A DNA stretch of 64,000 bases from Tricharina praecox (Eukaryota). A program made the position numbers and the translations under genes. The notes beneath the pieces are model-generated. The model made no database searches, was not told the origin of the DNA, and saw nothing but the letters and a program-made list of their open reading frames with translations. The DNA is taken from positions 1 to 64,000 of the forward strand of contig NW_026250406.1 of assembly GCF_024521635.1 (NCBI RefSeq), given 5' to 3'. Below, piece by piece: positions 24,641 through 38,400 of the stretch; within the stretch, counting starts at the first letter, position 1; every line of letters starts with the position of its first letter.

Positions 24641-27507
24641 GTGTTATCCATCGTTCGATCCGGAGGGCCGTCCAGACGGGACGGACGGCCAAAACGCCTG
24701 ACGGTTGCAGAATTTCTCTGTCAAGTCCGATTCTGGGACGGAAGGGTCGGTCCCGGTCCGATGGTGGAAGACGACTGTCCATATCACGTGATACTATTCT
24801 GAACACAGTCCCAATAGGGGCATACACTATCTGTTTGCAGATGTGCGAGTGAGACATTATGATGTCATTTGTATGTTGATCAACGACCTTTGGCAATTGC
24901 TGGTCATGACTTACTATAGCGACATATTTTACCTTGCTCACTCTACACCTACTACTCTATTGATTTAGAAATCCTTAACGCGACTTATGAGGAGGTCGTA
25001 GAGTATATTACAGTGCACAAATTGTCTCGTCATGCCGACGGTGTTGCGGCGAAACGTAGCAGGATTCTGACTCGGACGCCTAAGGTCCACGCCCGAAGTC
25101 TGGGTTTTCTCAAGGCTTGGCGTTGGACCGCGGTAGGACGGCCGTCATGTCCGAGGTCCAGGACGGACGGACCAGACGATAGAGAACATTGATACCCACG
25201 GCGATAGGCCTCCATATATACACACCCGTTAGTTACCTCAGGCGATCGCTCTTCCGGCGGCGGCTCTACCCTGAGGCCACATCTCCGAACGCTCATTTGA
25301 CAATAGGTTCATGTATCCCCGAGGATGCGCAACCTGAGAGCCGAGCTTAAAAATTGATATTGCCTTCTTTGCCTTGGCCTAATCCGCCGGACCCGTCAAG
25401 TTTCCCTCCTCCAGCTTAGCAACTAAGGATACATAGTCGAGAAACTCTTTGATACTGTCGTTCGGACGCCCTCTGAAACGGCAGATACTGATGGAAGTCT
25501 AGTGGGTAGGTATCGCTGCCGCACGAGGGTTTAGGTACTGATCGGTGAAGATCGGCTTCCTCATCCTCTACCGCATGTAGCTGTTCGCTCTGGGTGTAGT
25601 AGCTTATTTCCGGTCCGTCTGGGGTGGTAATTGCGTCTTCGGGGGTGATGACACTAATAGCGGCTTGGGGCGTGATCTGTCGCACCAGCTTTGATATACA
25701 GGGGCGGATTTGCTCAAAAAACATGATCAATCGAAAAGGAGTTATATGATGATGAAGACGATGATGACTAATCTCAAATGTGTTGAACGGGTGACGGACC
25801 GACAAGACGAATAGACGAGAAAGAACAGGAAACAGTGCAAAGCTTAACGACCGCATCGGGTCTACGCGCCAAAAAAGTAGGTCTCACCAGGTTCCACCGG
25901 GTCTCAACAAGGTCTCAATAAGGTCTCTCCTCCCTCCGGTGCTTTCCCATGCGGCGAAGCAATCTCTTCCTTGGTGCCTCCCAACGCGTACGCTCGGCTG
26001 CCTCGGCCGGGATGTTGCTCTGAGATCCCCCGATCACGTGTGGATTATTCGGGCTGTGGCTGCACCACTTTGGGTGATCCATTGTGCAACACACGTGGCG
26101 CAACTTTCAAGCCACGGCCAATGCCGCTGCCCTGCATGACGGAGGCTAGTTAACCGACGCATGGATTAAGACCCGTATGCAGGTACCGGGCGAGCGCGGG
26201 GTCGAGGTATGTGAGTACCGGAGAGAGAAAGACTTTCTTGAGACATCGTTGAGACCTTGTTTTTGAAAGGATAGACTAGGGAAGACCTGGGAAGAACCTA
26301 CTCTCAGGTTCTCTCGCCTTGGTACTGGGCATTCGCCGCCCCGTCGTCGGTAATCACCAGACCATGAAGACTGATCGGGGGAGCCCGTTGATGATCTCAG
26401 GCACTCCTGGGGTACCCAGCATTTCGCCGTGCGGGCTGAAAGCGGAAGACCCACATACGGCGGTCACACCATCTGGGTCCTCATGAGGTGGTTGTGCTAC
26501 GGTCCTGTGGATGACGGTAGCGATAAGAAGACTCTGGTCACGTGACGTCGAGTGAGTGCGACCGGCGGATACAGTGATATGTTAACATATGCATACCGAA
26601 GCGAACCAGAATTTTGGGTTGGTGGTCTGCCGCCTATGGGATGGCACGGAACTCCACGTTTCGTGGGGGCAGCCGTTGAGTCCAAGGGTAAGCCAGCACA
26701 GAAAGCCGCCCAGAAAGTCTTGGATGCGAACGAGACTCGAACATGTGCCCCCGCCGAAACCGTACGCGCACGGCTCCCCCGAGAGTTTAACCTGCGTCCG
26801 ATCTGGCTAGAGGAGAGGGTGAGGTGGCAGAATCTGGCCATCTGCACCAAGATGTTCCGCACAGGAGAAGGGACTTCCGGTGTGAGCGGCGGCTCCCGGG
26901 CGACCGCCGGTAGCCGCCGGCTCATAAGGGGTACGAAGGGAGCCCGCGCTCGCAACGCAGACGTTACGAATCTATGATTGCTAGCTTCCTTACGGTATGG
27001 CGCCGGAAGACGAGCGACATCGAAGGCTCGATCTCACACTCTCTCATCACCGTCATCTACAGCATAGACGATCAAAAATAGCGTGACACGGCGAGGCCAG
27101 CGGTTGTTCGCGGCTAAGACATTGTACTATTGATTGGACTCTGTCACAATGACCGACAATAGCTCCTTTACTAACATCCAAAACTTTATTACCTTGAGCA
27201 GTTATTGTCAACTGTAAGTTCCTTCGTTGATCGCATGGCGTGCCATTACCGCAATTACTAGTGAATTACACTGACATCCGCAAACACTGCCATTCGCCGT
27301 GAAAACGGACGACAGGTAGGGGCGTACGTACTCATTATGCCGCATTACACGTATCCTAGGGTATATGGCGACCGCGATAGCACACTTTCCGGCGTGGCCG
27401 ATAAGTCTGTTGCTCAACCTGCCAAAAATGGTTATAATCAGAATCAAAACTCTTCGGGCGGCACCTCGCGGGTGTGATTTACACAGATACGAAGGCACTA
27501 CGTTCTT

Positions 27508-27780
27508 GGTGGCTCGGAGGGTTGACCTATCGACTGTGAAGGTATACAGTGGGTAGTAATGCTACTGGCGAGTCGCTGTGTTAGAACTTACCAGGGCTCG
27601 GACGGGTTCATAACCGCGCGTAATGAATACACAGCACGGAAAAAAACCTCGCCTGGGCTAACGGTCACACACCTGGCGTAGTTAGTATGGACATCGGTCC
27701 ATCTATCAGGGTTTCCAAGGTACCCCACCGGGGGTGATGAAGGTTTTTATGTTTTTTGGGGACCGCGGTACAACCCACGG
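27508..27780 (-). repeat. Dispersed repeat family R1, copy B (inverted)
   Basis: Reverse complement matches 30063-30342, e.g. ctactggcgagtcgctgtgttagaacttaccag versus ctggtaagttctaacacagcgactcgccagtag. Confidence 0.85.
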
Positions 27781-30062
27781 TTCTAGCTTTTTTTTGGTTT
27801 AATCAGTAAATGCTTGCGACCCGCCGGTCATCACTTGATTACCTGATTATCCACCGCGTCAGATCCTGTGGCTGACACCAGCTCGTGTCCAGACTATTTA
27901 CGATAGGATCACCTGTTCCAAGCCACGTACACAGGAATCCGCCGGGGCAGTGATGGTTCCAGCTCTTTTCCGTGATTCAGCCACTCTTGAACTTTGTATG
28001 CGGTTAGGTTTGTGTGGCATTCGAGGTCGATATTGCTAATGTGGGTATGTGCACCATCACCTTGCCCTCCATCATGGAAAAAAATATGGAATTCATGAGG
28101 CCGGAGGCGATGACGGTGATTGAAATACTATGACAATGGAGCACGGCGATATTCCCTGGGCTTCTGTGCACTCTGAAAGCCCCCGAATCACGTAGGAGCG
28201 TCCCGTCCTGAACCGAGAGAGCAACCATATGGACAGTTACCCACCTGGCAATAATCATGCAGATCAACAGTATAATTCTCTATCTACTTATCCGACTCCA
28301 TCAACCCCTCTATATCTGTGACCTCGATGGCTCCAGGCGAGAACCAGCGCCTATTCCTCGGTACATACAGCGATACAACTTTTCGAAAGACAGCCGCAAC
28401 TGGCGACGCGTTGCGCCCGGCCAGGATAACGTTTTCGCTCAGCCCCCCGCCGCGTGCTTCGTGCGGATGAGGAGCTTCTTGAACGACATGAAGCCGCCCA
28501 TATGAAAAGTGAACCGGATATATTCGCAATAGGATTCGACGAGATATGAGCTGTCAGCTTCGGAACCACACGGCATTCGCTGGCTGTTGTCCAAAGCGTA
28601 GAGGTACTCCTCGGCGAACCATATGGTGCAGCGGTAATACATCCATTGGCCGCATTCGCGATTCATGCAGCCCAGCTCCGTCGGTGCGGATCGGTCCTGC
28701 CCTAGCTCGCACGCGTGGTCCGTGCCGCAGGCGCAGGTGGAGGTACAAATGGTTGGTGGCGCGGTTCGAGGGCCGGATGAGATTTGCGGACTCAGGTGAA
28801 AGCGCTCGCCGGGGTAGGGGGTGCCACACTTTTATACGTACGCCGGAGTGAGGCGCGCACGCCTGCGTTCATCTCGAATCGTCACACTTGTGCCATGCGC
28901 TCGAACGTCTTGAATTGTCCGGAGCTCGGAGGCGCTCTTGCTTGAATGCTTTATTGCCACATGTAGCGATAGGATTTCGGTGCCCGGCATCTTGGCCCCA
29001 ATGCGAAATGATGAAAGAAAACCCCACATTTCCATCCATTTGCTTCTCATAAATGACTAAAGAAGAATAAATTTACATACCGGTATCCAGGTGACGAGAC
29101 AGACGAGCTTGAAGAAAGAATACCGAAGTGAAGTATGATTCCTTTTGAGGGGGTTGATACATCAAACGGCAGCTTTTCCGTGTCGGGCCCGAACCGACGT
29201 GACTGTTGTAAGGATCATTGGTAGAGATTACAGGAACCATCGAGATAGGGACAGGTGTTGTGTTTTTGTCTAGGGGTATAGCTAAGAGAGAGAAAGAAAA
29301 CAGACCTTCGACCCGCTACGAACCAAATTTCGCTAGCAGCCACCACCAGTCCGCCGACGGCTAGTGGGCTACTCACAGGAACACACCAGTTCCCACAGCG
29401 ACATGAAGCTGAATAACCGCGTGATCGGGGTTCACGTACAATCCAGGATGACGTCACGTGATGGCAACGAGAAGCAGCCCGTGGTACAGAATCCATCCGG
29501 GTGCAGTGCGTTTTTACACTCGATGACCCCAGATCCCTCCAGTTCCTAGCTATGTTGAAGATAAAAGTGAGGTTTCTCTGCGAGGGACGGGGTGCTTCAG
29601 AACCTTGCATGGCGTTGTGAGATCCGTGTGGTGGCTGCTAATGAGCACGTGACTGGCCTGCGTGGCTTTCGATGATCGATCTATGCCAGTAACTCGTATA
29701 GCTCTAAAAGAGGCACACATCGCTACGGGTAGTTTTAGTGGCAACTAAAGATGCTTGTCTCCGTCGAGGAACGCTGACCTGAAATCGCATCGGCGCTGAA
29801 CTCGGCGGTAATTTTTACGGAGACACAAAGGTCACTCGTAATCTGTCGTACATGATGAAAAGCACTTGCGTGGAAATTCGAGGGACAAAGAACTGGAATT
29901 CTTAGCTTGGTGGGGATGATTAGGCGGGCAGCAATCGCGGGCGAAGATGAAGCTCGCGGCCGGCGGTTGATGACGGCCTGATGGAAAAGCACATGCAATC
30001 TGCCATGATCTACCAACGCCGAATGCAATGATCTTTGAACAAAAAAAAAGGAACCACGGCAT

Positions 30063-30447
30063 GTGATAACCCCGTGCCGAAGCGGCCTCGCACCGTGGCC
30101 ACCGAACAAAGAACAAAACCATCACCACCAGCGGTGGGTTGGCTTGGAAACCTCGATAGCTGGACCGATGTCCATACTAACTACGCCGGGTGCGTGACCG
30201 TTAGGCCACGCGGGTTTTTTCCGTGCTGTGTAGTTGCTACGCGCGGCTATGAACCCGTCCGAGCTCTGGTAAGTTCTAACACAGCGACTCGCCAGTAGCG
30301 TTACTACCCACCTTCACAGTCGATGTGTCAACCCTCGCCACCCGGGTCTTTTTTCGTACACTGTGTTTACCACGCCTGGTTATGAGCCCGTCCGAGCTGT
30401 GCTAAGCTCTACATCATAGGTATAGCGAATGGTAGTGTTACTACCCA
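30063..30447 (+). repeat. Dispersed repeat family R1, copy C plus partial tandem copy (30349-30447)
   Basis: See copies A and B; cccgtccgagct..gttactaccca occurs twice. Confidence 0.8.
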
Positions 30448-30494
30448 TACTTTCCTTCACCTTCGATAGCTCGATGCTCAGAGCTACGATGAAC

Positions 30495-30511
30495 ATGATG
30501 ATGATGATGAC

Positions 30512-30572
<61 letters not shown>
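30495..30572. repeat. (GAT)n microsatellite
   Basis: Directly visible. Confidence 0.95.
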
Positions 30573-31549
30573 TGAAGAAACGCAAGACGAAAAAGAAGAA
30601 CAGAAATAGTGACGGCAGAAACAGCCAACAGTTCAAGCACAGTATTGCGCCGGGACCCACCTCGCAAACGCATAGGTCTGACCAGATCACCCGATGTCCC
30701 AACAAAGTATATTCTCCCAAGTACAAGATCTGATTGAGGTCTGTACATGGCCTCCTCCCTTCGATGCTCTCAACAAAACTAGTAGCCCACCTACGGGACG
30801 AGAAAGTGAATGCAGAGAGGCGATACGCCGGACGGGAGTGGGCACCACCAGCCGCACCACCACCGCCACCACCACCACCACCACTAGCCACTGCTACCTA
30901 GCCCACTTGGCAATAATCGTTATCTAACGTCTCGAATTTTACCTTTCTGTCACATTATCCGACAATACGCGACATGACGGGACATGGCTCGCGTATTCGG
31001 CGCCGGCACCCTATATCGGCTTCCCCAGTACCCAACGGTAATCCATGACACACGAGAAGCACGTAAACCTTCGGCTACTGAAGTACAGTACTCAAACCAC
31101 GCCCCCCGGGGCCGACGAGGCTTATACCGACGACACCCGACGTAAATGTGTAATCCGCTGCCATTAGTCTCCCCACGACGCGGCCGGCGACGGCGGTGAC
31201 ATCGCTATCCATGGCCCGGCCGCGCCACGGCAGGCTCGGGGGTGTTTTTTTTTGCCGGAAGGAAAATAACTACACGATAACATGCGAAAACGCGAAAATC
31301 CCTTGCCGTCGCGGCGACGATGGTGGCGCTGGAACACATGATCGCGCGTTCACACGATGGTTGACCCGCGCTATTGAGAACGGCCGATCTTGTGGGATGC
31401 GCACGCCAACGGCGCCTGCGCGGCAACCGGTGAGATATCGGCAGCCATTGGAATGATGGTGGTGGCCATAGGAGTCTTTCCTTTCGCATGTAGAACGGTT
31501 ACAGAAAGGATATATCGTTGTGGTATTTGCGATAGGTATGCATGTAGTT

Positions 31550-32021
31550 CAGTGTTCTACATAGACCAGACCGGTCGGCCGACCGGATCCGATTTTTTTC
31601 TGGACGGGATAACAGAGAAGTGTATCAGCCGCCAATGTTTCTGTCATAGTTGTGCGTCCGGAATGTGTCAATGACGACCGAAGCAATGCTGGAAGTGTTG
31701 AGCACCCGGAATGTTACTATAATTGTGGCAGAAATGCCGGGAGACCACAGGAATGCTGGAAAAGGGATGGGATGATTGCGGCGAACGAGGCGGATGATTG
31801 CGGCGAACGAGGCGGATCTGAAGGAAATTGGTGAGATGTTGGCCGCCGTATGTGAGGACGATCTAGTTGAGGTAGGTGATCATAAAGAGTACAAATTGCA
31901 ACGTTTATACTTTCTTAGCGCGACTTATCCCAACCAGACCAGACTTTGTTTTGGTCGGAATATAGCCCGACCCACCAAACCATGCCCAAATTTGGTCGGG
32001 ACTGGTCTGTGTAGAACACTG
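31550..32021. mobile_element. 472-bp hAT-like MITE with 8-bp target-site duplication
   Basis: TIRs CAGTGTTCTACA / TGTAGAACACTG; flanks ATGTAGTT (31542-31549) and ATGTACTT (32022-32029), one mismatch. Orientation is opposite to 23859-24160 and the internal sequence differs. Confidence 0.88.
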
Positions 32022-32463
32022 ATGTACTTAGCCGGCAGTCCTATTCCGAAGGTCAAACCAGTGAGATACCGGAGTATGAAGATAGAAAGACTTGAATAGT
32101 ATTCCTCTCATGATAGCAGTAGGTCCTCAATATATGTGCATGTATCCAGATGATAGCTGACGGTTCACCCTTCGGCTCCCGGCCGCTGCCACCGCGCCCC
32201 AGGCACCACGTCTGACTCGGCCACCTCGGCGGAAGACCGGTATGATTGTCAACACAGAACGACAACCACGATGATGGTAAAGCAGTTCCGCCCACGCCGA
32301 CATCATCTATGTTGACCTCAATGCGTCTAATAAACAAGATCAATTTCCTAAAGCGGAAAGAAAACCGAGCACTCTCAAGGCCTTTCCCACTTCGGTTTTC
32401 AGCACCGAGACCTATGCGCAGTCAGCGACCTGTCACGTGCGAATCCCGTCGCAAGTACTCACC

Positions 32464-35400
32464 TTATGCAATCCCGTCCAGATCAAGTTTCACGAACCAA
32501 ACCCTACCTGATTGACACCCGAGAGCAACAACGTTATTGTATACTGCGAAAACGTGCGGCCGGAGATCAGAAGGAGGGAGAAGCAATTTTTGCTTTCCCA
32601 AGGTTACCCAGCCCCCACTCAAACTCAGTATACTCTGTGAACTCGTCCCCAGATTAAACCCAATATCAGTACCAGGAGCGACCTCCATGAGTGCTTCACA
32701 CCTGTTAAAATGCAGAACAATAGGAATGAATGGATTAGAGACCGCCACGGTGTTCACTGTTGAAAGGATTTCCTCGACATCGAAGCAGTGGACGGTATTG
32801 TCCCAAGATGTTACTAGAAGGAGCTTGCCATCGGGCGAGAATGCCACTGCCCTGACACCCTTTGAATGGCCCTCAAGAGTGGCGCGGCAGGTTCCCGTCG
32901 CGGGATCCCAGAGCCGGACGGTTGTGTCGTCCGATGCCGATGCCAGCAGCTTGCCGTCGGGCGAGAATGCCACTGCCCTGACCCAATCCGAATGACCCTC
33001 AAGAGTGGCGCGGCAGGTTCCCGTCGCGGGATCCCAGAGCCGGACGGTTTTGTCGTACGATGCCGATGCCAGCAGCTTGCCGTCAAACGAGAATGCCACT
33101 GCATTGACGCAATCCGAATGGCCCTCAAGAGTGGCGCGGCAGGTTCCCGTCGCGGGATCCCAGAGCCGGACGGTTTTGTCGTACGATGCCGATGCCAGCA
33201 GCTTGCCGTCGGGCGAGAATGCCACTGCATTGACGAAACGCGAATGGCCCTCAAGAGTGGCGCGGCAGGTTCCCGTCGCGGGATCCCAGAGCCGGACGGT
33301 TTCGTCGTACGATGCCGATGCCAGCAGCTTGCCGTCGTGTGAGAATGCCACTGCCCAGACCAAATCCGAATGACCCTCAAGAGTGGCGCGGCAGGTTCCC
33401 GTCGCGGGATCCCAGAGCCGGACGGTTTTGTCGTACGATGCCGATGCCAGCAGCTTGCCGTCGTGCGAGAATGCCACTGCACTGACACATTGCGAATGGC
33501 CCTCAAGAGTGGCGCGGCAGGTTCCCGTCGCGGGATCCCAGAGCCGGACGGTTGTGTCAGCCGATGCCGATGCCAGCAGCTTGCCGTCGTGCGAGAATGC
33601 CACTGCACTGACCCATTGCGAATGGCCCTCAAGAGTGGCGCGGCAGGTTCCCGTCGCGGGATCCCAGAGCCGGACGGTTCTGTCGTCCGATGCTGATGCC
33701 AGCAGCTTGCCGTCGTGCGAGAATGCCACTGCATTGACGCAATCCGAATGGCCCTCAAGAGTGGCGCGGCAGGTTCCCGTCGCGGGATCCCAGAGCCGGA
33801 CGGTTCTGTCGTCCGATGCTGATGCCAGCAGCTTGCCGTCGTGCGAGAATGCCACTGCATTGACGCAATCCGAATGGCCCTCAAGAGTGGCGCGGCAGGT
33901 TCCCGTCGCGGGATCCCAGAGCCGGACGGTTCTGTCGTTCGATGCTGATGCCAGCAGCTTGCCGTCGTGCGAGAATGCCACTGCACTGACCCATTGCGAA
34001 TGGCCCTCAAGAGTGGCGCGGCAGGTTCCCGTCGCGGGATCCCAGAGCCGGACGGTTGTGTCAGCCGATGCCGATGCCAGCAGCTTGCCGTCGTGCGAGA
34101 ATGCCACTGCACTGACCCATTTCGAATGGCCCTCAAGAGTGGCGCGGCAGGTTCCCGTCGCGGGATCCCAGAGCCGGACGGTTGTGTCAGCCGATGCCGA
34201 TGCCAGCAGCTTGCCGTCGGGCGAGAATGCCACTGCCCCGACCCTATCCCAATGACCCTCAAGAGTGGCGCGGCAGGTTCCCGTCGTGGGATCCCAGAGC
34301 CGGACGGTTTTGTCGGCCGATGCCGATGCCAGCAGCTTGCCGTCGTGCGAGAATGCCACTGCACTGACACCCCCTGAATGGCCCTCCAGTACCTGCATCA
34401 AGGAATCCCAGTCCTCAGGGACACCCGTAAGGTCTATTATCCAACTCGGGACACTGTCTGCAAAATGATTCCTGAGGATGGCTCCTGATGGGCTGAAAGG
34501 TAGAGCTGCACAGTATAGTTGGAGAGGCGCAATCTCGATGATCGCTCTGGTATTGAGAATGAATCGCACTGCGTCACGCGACATCGCGCGTAAGCTATGA
34601 TTGGCTTTGGGCTGGACGTCAAAGTCAGCATGTTTCGGAACAAGATTCACACCAATTTGCCTGTTGGAGGTAAGCCATCGTCGCTAAAGAGCGAAGCGTG
34701 TATCCACTCCAAATGCCCATCCGCTGAAACCAACGGTACTTTCGTGGATGCTATATACTGGAAGCCCACTTGCGACTGACGACTGACAGACGATGAAGGT
34801 CCAGAAACAGGGAACGCTCGAAAATATTCGGATGGCTCACCGTAAGCATTGAATCTAAAAGCTTAACCATGAGAACAGCGTCATGCATAATACCCATCAG
34901 ACTCCAAACCTCGAACAGGTGGAGAAGGTGTTGCTTGAGGAAAGCGTGGACCAGGTCGTGCAGTGTTCCGCCGTCGCATAGCGTGACGTTACTATGCCGA
35001 ATATGATCCACCCAGTAGCGGCACGCGTACTGCACCTCTTGGGGAAGACAACGCCGTATTGTCGAAGGATCCACTTCACTGGTAAGAGAACCCGGATGTC
35101 GTAAAGAGCATACGTCCTCCTTTAGAGATCTTGACATGAGCGTGAGACAGCTCAATGCAAGGTCCTTGTGAGCATCGTTTCCAACTATGCTGAAATGTGG
35201 ATCCTGACATCTCTGGTCGTCCAAGAGAAAGTCCCGGAACGACAGGTGCAGAAGCCGTATCGGAGATTCTTGACTTCCTGAAACCGAAAACGTCAATACA
35301 GAACTCAGTGAGTCCAATGTTTGCTCCACCTCCGTTAGTTGAGTGCCCAAGAGTTGTGCAAGAGCCCTAGCAGTCAAGGAGTCGGATAGTATCACAATCG

Positions 35401-38400
35401 AACCGACGATCCGCCTGAATCGTTGTAACAGTATCTGTTGCGTCTGGGGCTCACGGCCTTTGATAACCGCATGATCCAAGACCGTCGTATATATCAGGTC
35501 GAGTTGCTTTGTCGACGATCCGTCTTCCACACTTTCTTCCAATACCGAAGCGAGACGATCCTGAGGAACATTGTCCTTGCACCCAATGAATCGGCAGACC
35601 GTTGTAGCGTATATGAACAGTCCATCCGCTTTCTGGACGAGACGGTGGAGCTTTTCGCGATCTGGCCATTCATTCGACAACCGGCGCCGCTTCTGGATCC
35701 TGGATAACTCGTGGAGGAGGAAAACATATATATCTTGATCGATTATTGCGTTGGCAACATTGTGAAGGACAAACTCCTGCCGTGTAGCTTCCTGTATATC
35801 TTGGAACCCGTAGCGAACCGGGGTTTCTGGCCTACTGGTGACAAATATCCGCAATCGCACAGGGGTGAGAGATTTCGCCTGGGAGAGAAGTCCAAGGATC
35901 TGCTCAACATCTGCTTCATCATCGCATTCATCCAATGCATCGATAACAAGTATCAACGATTGCATTTGAGACGGCTGCGACAATGGTTCCAAGATCAGAT
36001 GTTTCCACTGCTCGCTCATGTTCTTCCGGGGGATGTCGGGGTAGGCGCATATAGCCTCGCGAACAGCAGGGGCAAGGCCGGACCGCGCCAGCTGGTAGGC
36101 GATTGTAGTGAAGAATCTCGAAGCACGCGCCAGATATCCTTCACCTCTCGAAAAGAAGAAACTCGCCCCGAGCCGTCTTTCACTAGCCCACTTGCCGGCG
36201 ACCGTACGAGCGATAGTAGACTTTCCAGTACCAGCCATTCCATTCAACCAGAAGATGCATGCACCATCCGAGGCCTCTGACCATTCCATAATTTTCTCCA
36301 GGAGGTCGACTCGCGTATATTCTAAGCATTTTGATTTGCCGTTCGAACCACACGAATCGAACGGGGCGTCGTTGGCGCAGTACTCGGCGGCTATTCACGC
36401 AAATCAGTCGATGAAAACCACAAGACTGTTTCCTAACATACCAAAACTTCTTAACATCTCTTCCTTTTGAGCATCTCTCCCGGAGTCAGGTTCTGGGGGG
36501 TGGTAATGGTTCGTATATGTATCTCCTGCAAACACTTTGTCAGCCAACGGCCCATTGAGTTGCCCGGTCCCGTCTAGAATAGAACGACGAACCAAATGTT
36601 ACACTCCCTTGGATTTTCGGGTAGTTCAACTCGTTGTGCTTCGCGTTTTTGTAAGCACGAGAGCTTCCCGTGAGAATATTGCTGATTTGTGTTGTCGTGT
36701 GCGAGCTGCTGTTCGAGCTGCAGCGGCTGGCTTGGTGACCGATGCTCGGAAGGTTGGACGGATTTTGTGAGGCTACTGCCTCGATATGAAACCCATCTTG
36801 CTCTACTACCATCTACACAAATCACCGTTAGCCGCCGTCAGGATCTTTGATATCGGGAATGCATGCTGACCACCACACCTCCTTGAAGGTTCTTCTGCTC
36901 GTTCCTGGAGGGATTCATTGAGGCTACTGCCTCGATATCGAACGCATCTTGCTCTACCATCATCTGCACAAATCACCGTTAGTCGCCGTCATGATCTTTG
37001 ATATCGGGAATGCATGCTGACCACCACCCCCCCCTGAAAGTTTTCCTGCTGTTTCCCGGATGGATTCGATAGTTCGTCACATGGCGAAACCGACTGCTCG
37101 TCTTCGGATCGGTGCGCCTGCATGTCGTTCCTTCTTTTCAGAACATTCCGGACAGATTCTGAAAGCCTTTCCCTGACTATCACGTAGTCATGGCCGCAGC
37201 TGTCGGGGAGCTCTACCGAGTGATCGACGTCGATCGTGACGTGCTGATGCTTGGCCTCGTTCGGTAGGCCACGGGTCGCTCCTTTCCGCGCGATAGCTCC
37301 AATCAATTCGCCACTTGCCATCCAGCCGACATCTGGTAGTGTGTTCACGGCTTCGGCGCCACCGATTTCGAAAAACGAGACGATTTGAAAACCATCGAGG
37401 TTCGATTTGGTCGCTCTTAAGAAACAATCGTAAGAGGACCTCCAGAATTCGCAGCCTTCCGAAAGGTTATGGATGACGTGTACATCATTCTGGTCCCGTA
37501 TCAATGTCCTCAAGCGTTGGGGGTCAACACCTCGGTCTGGCACTCCGAAGAAAAAGAGGCCGACACACAAGCTCAAGTTCGCTTGATCGCTATCGCCACC
37601 GACCGAGAGTCGAGATGCATCCGCGAGTGCCTGCAAACAATGAGCATCGATCGCGTCCACGGGAAGCGCCACCGTATTGGGTACCTGTTTGATCACCAAA
37701 CGCCCGAGGCTGTGGCCGATGAAGATTACAGGGCGGCCGCGTTCCTGCAGACATCCGTCAACTCTGGAGCCCGCGGTTGGGTTTCTGAGACACACACGTA
37801 CATTCGCTTCCGTCCGCGCTAGGCATATACTCTGCAAGAGGGATCTCGCATAGGTTTGGAGGGTAGGGATGGTGACAATGTTGTCCCGCAGACCCATGTC
37901 GTAGCCGAACGTGAGAACCCTCATGTGCTCTCCGATTTCGATCGGGAATGCCTCCCGTAGCCACATCCTCGGTTGGCCCCGTACGCTCCGTGATCCGTAT
38001 GCACGACCAGCGAGGCCCGCGACAGCGAAAACACTAGCAGTTCTTTTCAGCACAAACTTTACGAACGAACAGAGGGGGAGAGGGAGGGAGGTCCATACTT
38101 TACTGCGGGCTTTTGCGCGCCGAACAAGCTCGGAGTTCCGAGAAAGTAACTTGCTCCCGGGAAATAATCGGAAAGATTCGCAGGATTTCCTTTCGGAAAA
38201 CCAACGGTTGCCATGGCGCCGCTCAACGAGAGCACGAAACCATCGCTTCCGAGCATCATCTTCAAAAGGGTCTTCAACTCATCCTCCGTGACGCCCAGCG
38301 GAATGGAGCGAATTCGGAGTGTCCGGAAGCGAGTCGGCGGCTGGCGTGGCCGGTTCGAGTGCGATGCGGCACCCGCAGGCTCACGGACCGGTGCGCAGCG

